Positions 63,629 through 64,000 of a stretch of 64,000 nt of DNA are shown piece by piece. Every line of letters starts with the position of its first letter. Positions within the stretch are counted from its first letter, which is position 1. A program made the translations under genes and the position numbers. This stretch comes from an uncultured Clostridia bacterium (GTDB taxonomy: Bacteria > Bacillota > Clostridia > Christensenellales > Borkfalkiaceae): contig CANREF010000005.1 of the NCBI GenBank assembly GCA_947629575.1, forward strand, positions 47,886-111,885. Reading direction: 5' to 3'. The notes beneath the pieces were generated by a model. It was given only the letters and a program-made list of their open reading frames with translations, was not told the origin of the DNA and did no database searches.

Positions 63629-64000
63629 TCAGAATCCAAATTTTTCGATCAGATTGCGGAAGCGGAGATAGACCCCCGCCGTCCAGCCGAGCATGGGGGG
63701 CGTTTCGTACTCGCAGCTGTCGCCGCGCTCGCCCGAGACCACATTATATTTCTCCCACAGGTTGCCCGTCTTGAAAAAGTTTTCCTCCACCGTGTCGCAA
63801 TATTTCTTCATCACACGGGCAGCGTCCTCGTTGAGCCCCGCCGCATGCAGGCCCTCGCAGGCGATCGCCGTAATGGGCGCCCACATAAAGGGATAATCCC
63901 ACTGGAAGCGCTCCGAACAGGCGTTCCGCTCGCACACCGTAAGGCCGTACGGTCCCTCGAGCGCCGCGAGCAACTTTCCGAGCCCCCCTTGGGAGAGATC
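63629..64000 (-). CDS. GH37 trehalase-family glycoside hydrolase, C-terminal part; ORF continues beyond the right window edge
   Basis: Motifs: QWDYPFMWAP (trehalase signature QWD.P.GWAP), NLWEKYNV and EYETPPMLGWTAGV (compare GFGWTNGV). The frame stays open to position 64000. Confidence 0.7.
   Translation of the reverse strand, partial: DLSQGGLGKLLAALEGPYGLTVCERNACSERFQWDYPFMWAPITAIACEGLHAAGLNEDAARVMKKYCDTVEENFFKTGNLWEKYNVVSGERGDSCEYETPPMLGWTAGVYLRFRNLIEKFGF

Overview
GC-rich, GC3-biased sequence from a spore-forming Clostridia-type Firmicute (SCIFF peptide system and spoVAC present). I saw no tRNA, rRNA, CRISPR array, transposase or integrase. Gene calls rest on motif recognition in the supplied translations plus manual reading of both strands; no database search was possible. 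(1) Positions 1-19.3 kb hold a conserved housekeeping block, almost all on the minus strand: relA (partial, missed by the ORF track), recJ, secF, secD, scfB/scfA, a small membrane protein, yajC, tgt, queA, ruvB, ruvA and ruvC, followed by yggS, a Zn-peptidase, an AlkZ-related protein, a DUF1858 protein, spoVAC and a phospholipase-C-like gene. Three things interrupt this block. An AT-rich YafQ/DinJ toxin-antitoxin cassette is wedged between queA and tgt, next to a diverged duplicate of the queA 3' flank. A structured ~115-nt repeat family has two copies. A 0.8-kb hairpin-dense non-coding insert splits ruvC from ruvA. (2) Positions 19.4-64 kb form one uninterrupted minus-strand glycan-utilisation supercluster that continues past the right edge. 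It encodes two sugar ABC importers, an AraC regulator, GH65 plus beta-phosphoglucomutase, a GH37-like enzyme, two GH78-like enzymes, two paralogues of an unassigned (alpha/alpha)6-like domain, an SGNH esterase and an extracellular MBL-fold hydrolase. It also encodes at least seven very large membrane- or lipid-anchored multi-domain glycan-binding proteins. The most notable points are a promoter box shared by two transcription units at identical spacing, a GCG-TM-polybasic C-terminal signal on three of the proteins, a 1756-aa lipoprotein built from three 1.1-1.2 kb tandem repeats, and a near-identical tract between tandem paralogues. The long plus-strand ORFs across this region are antisense shadows.
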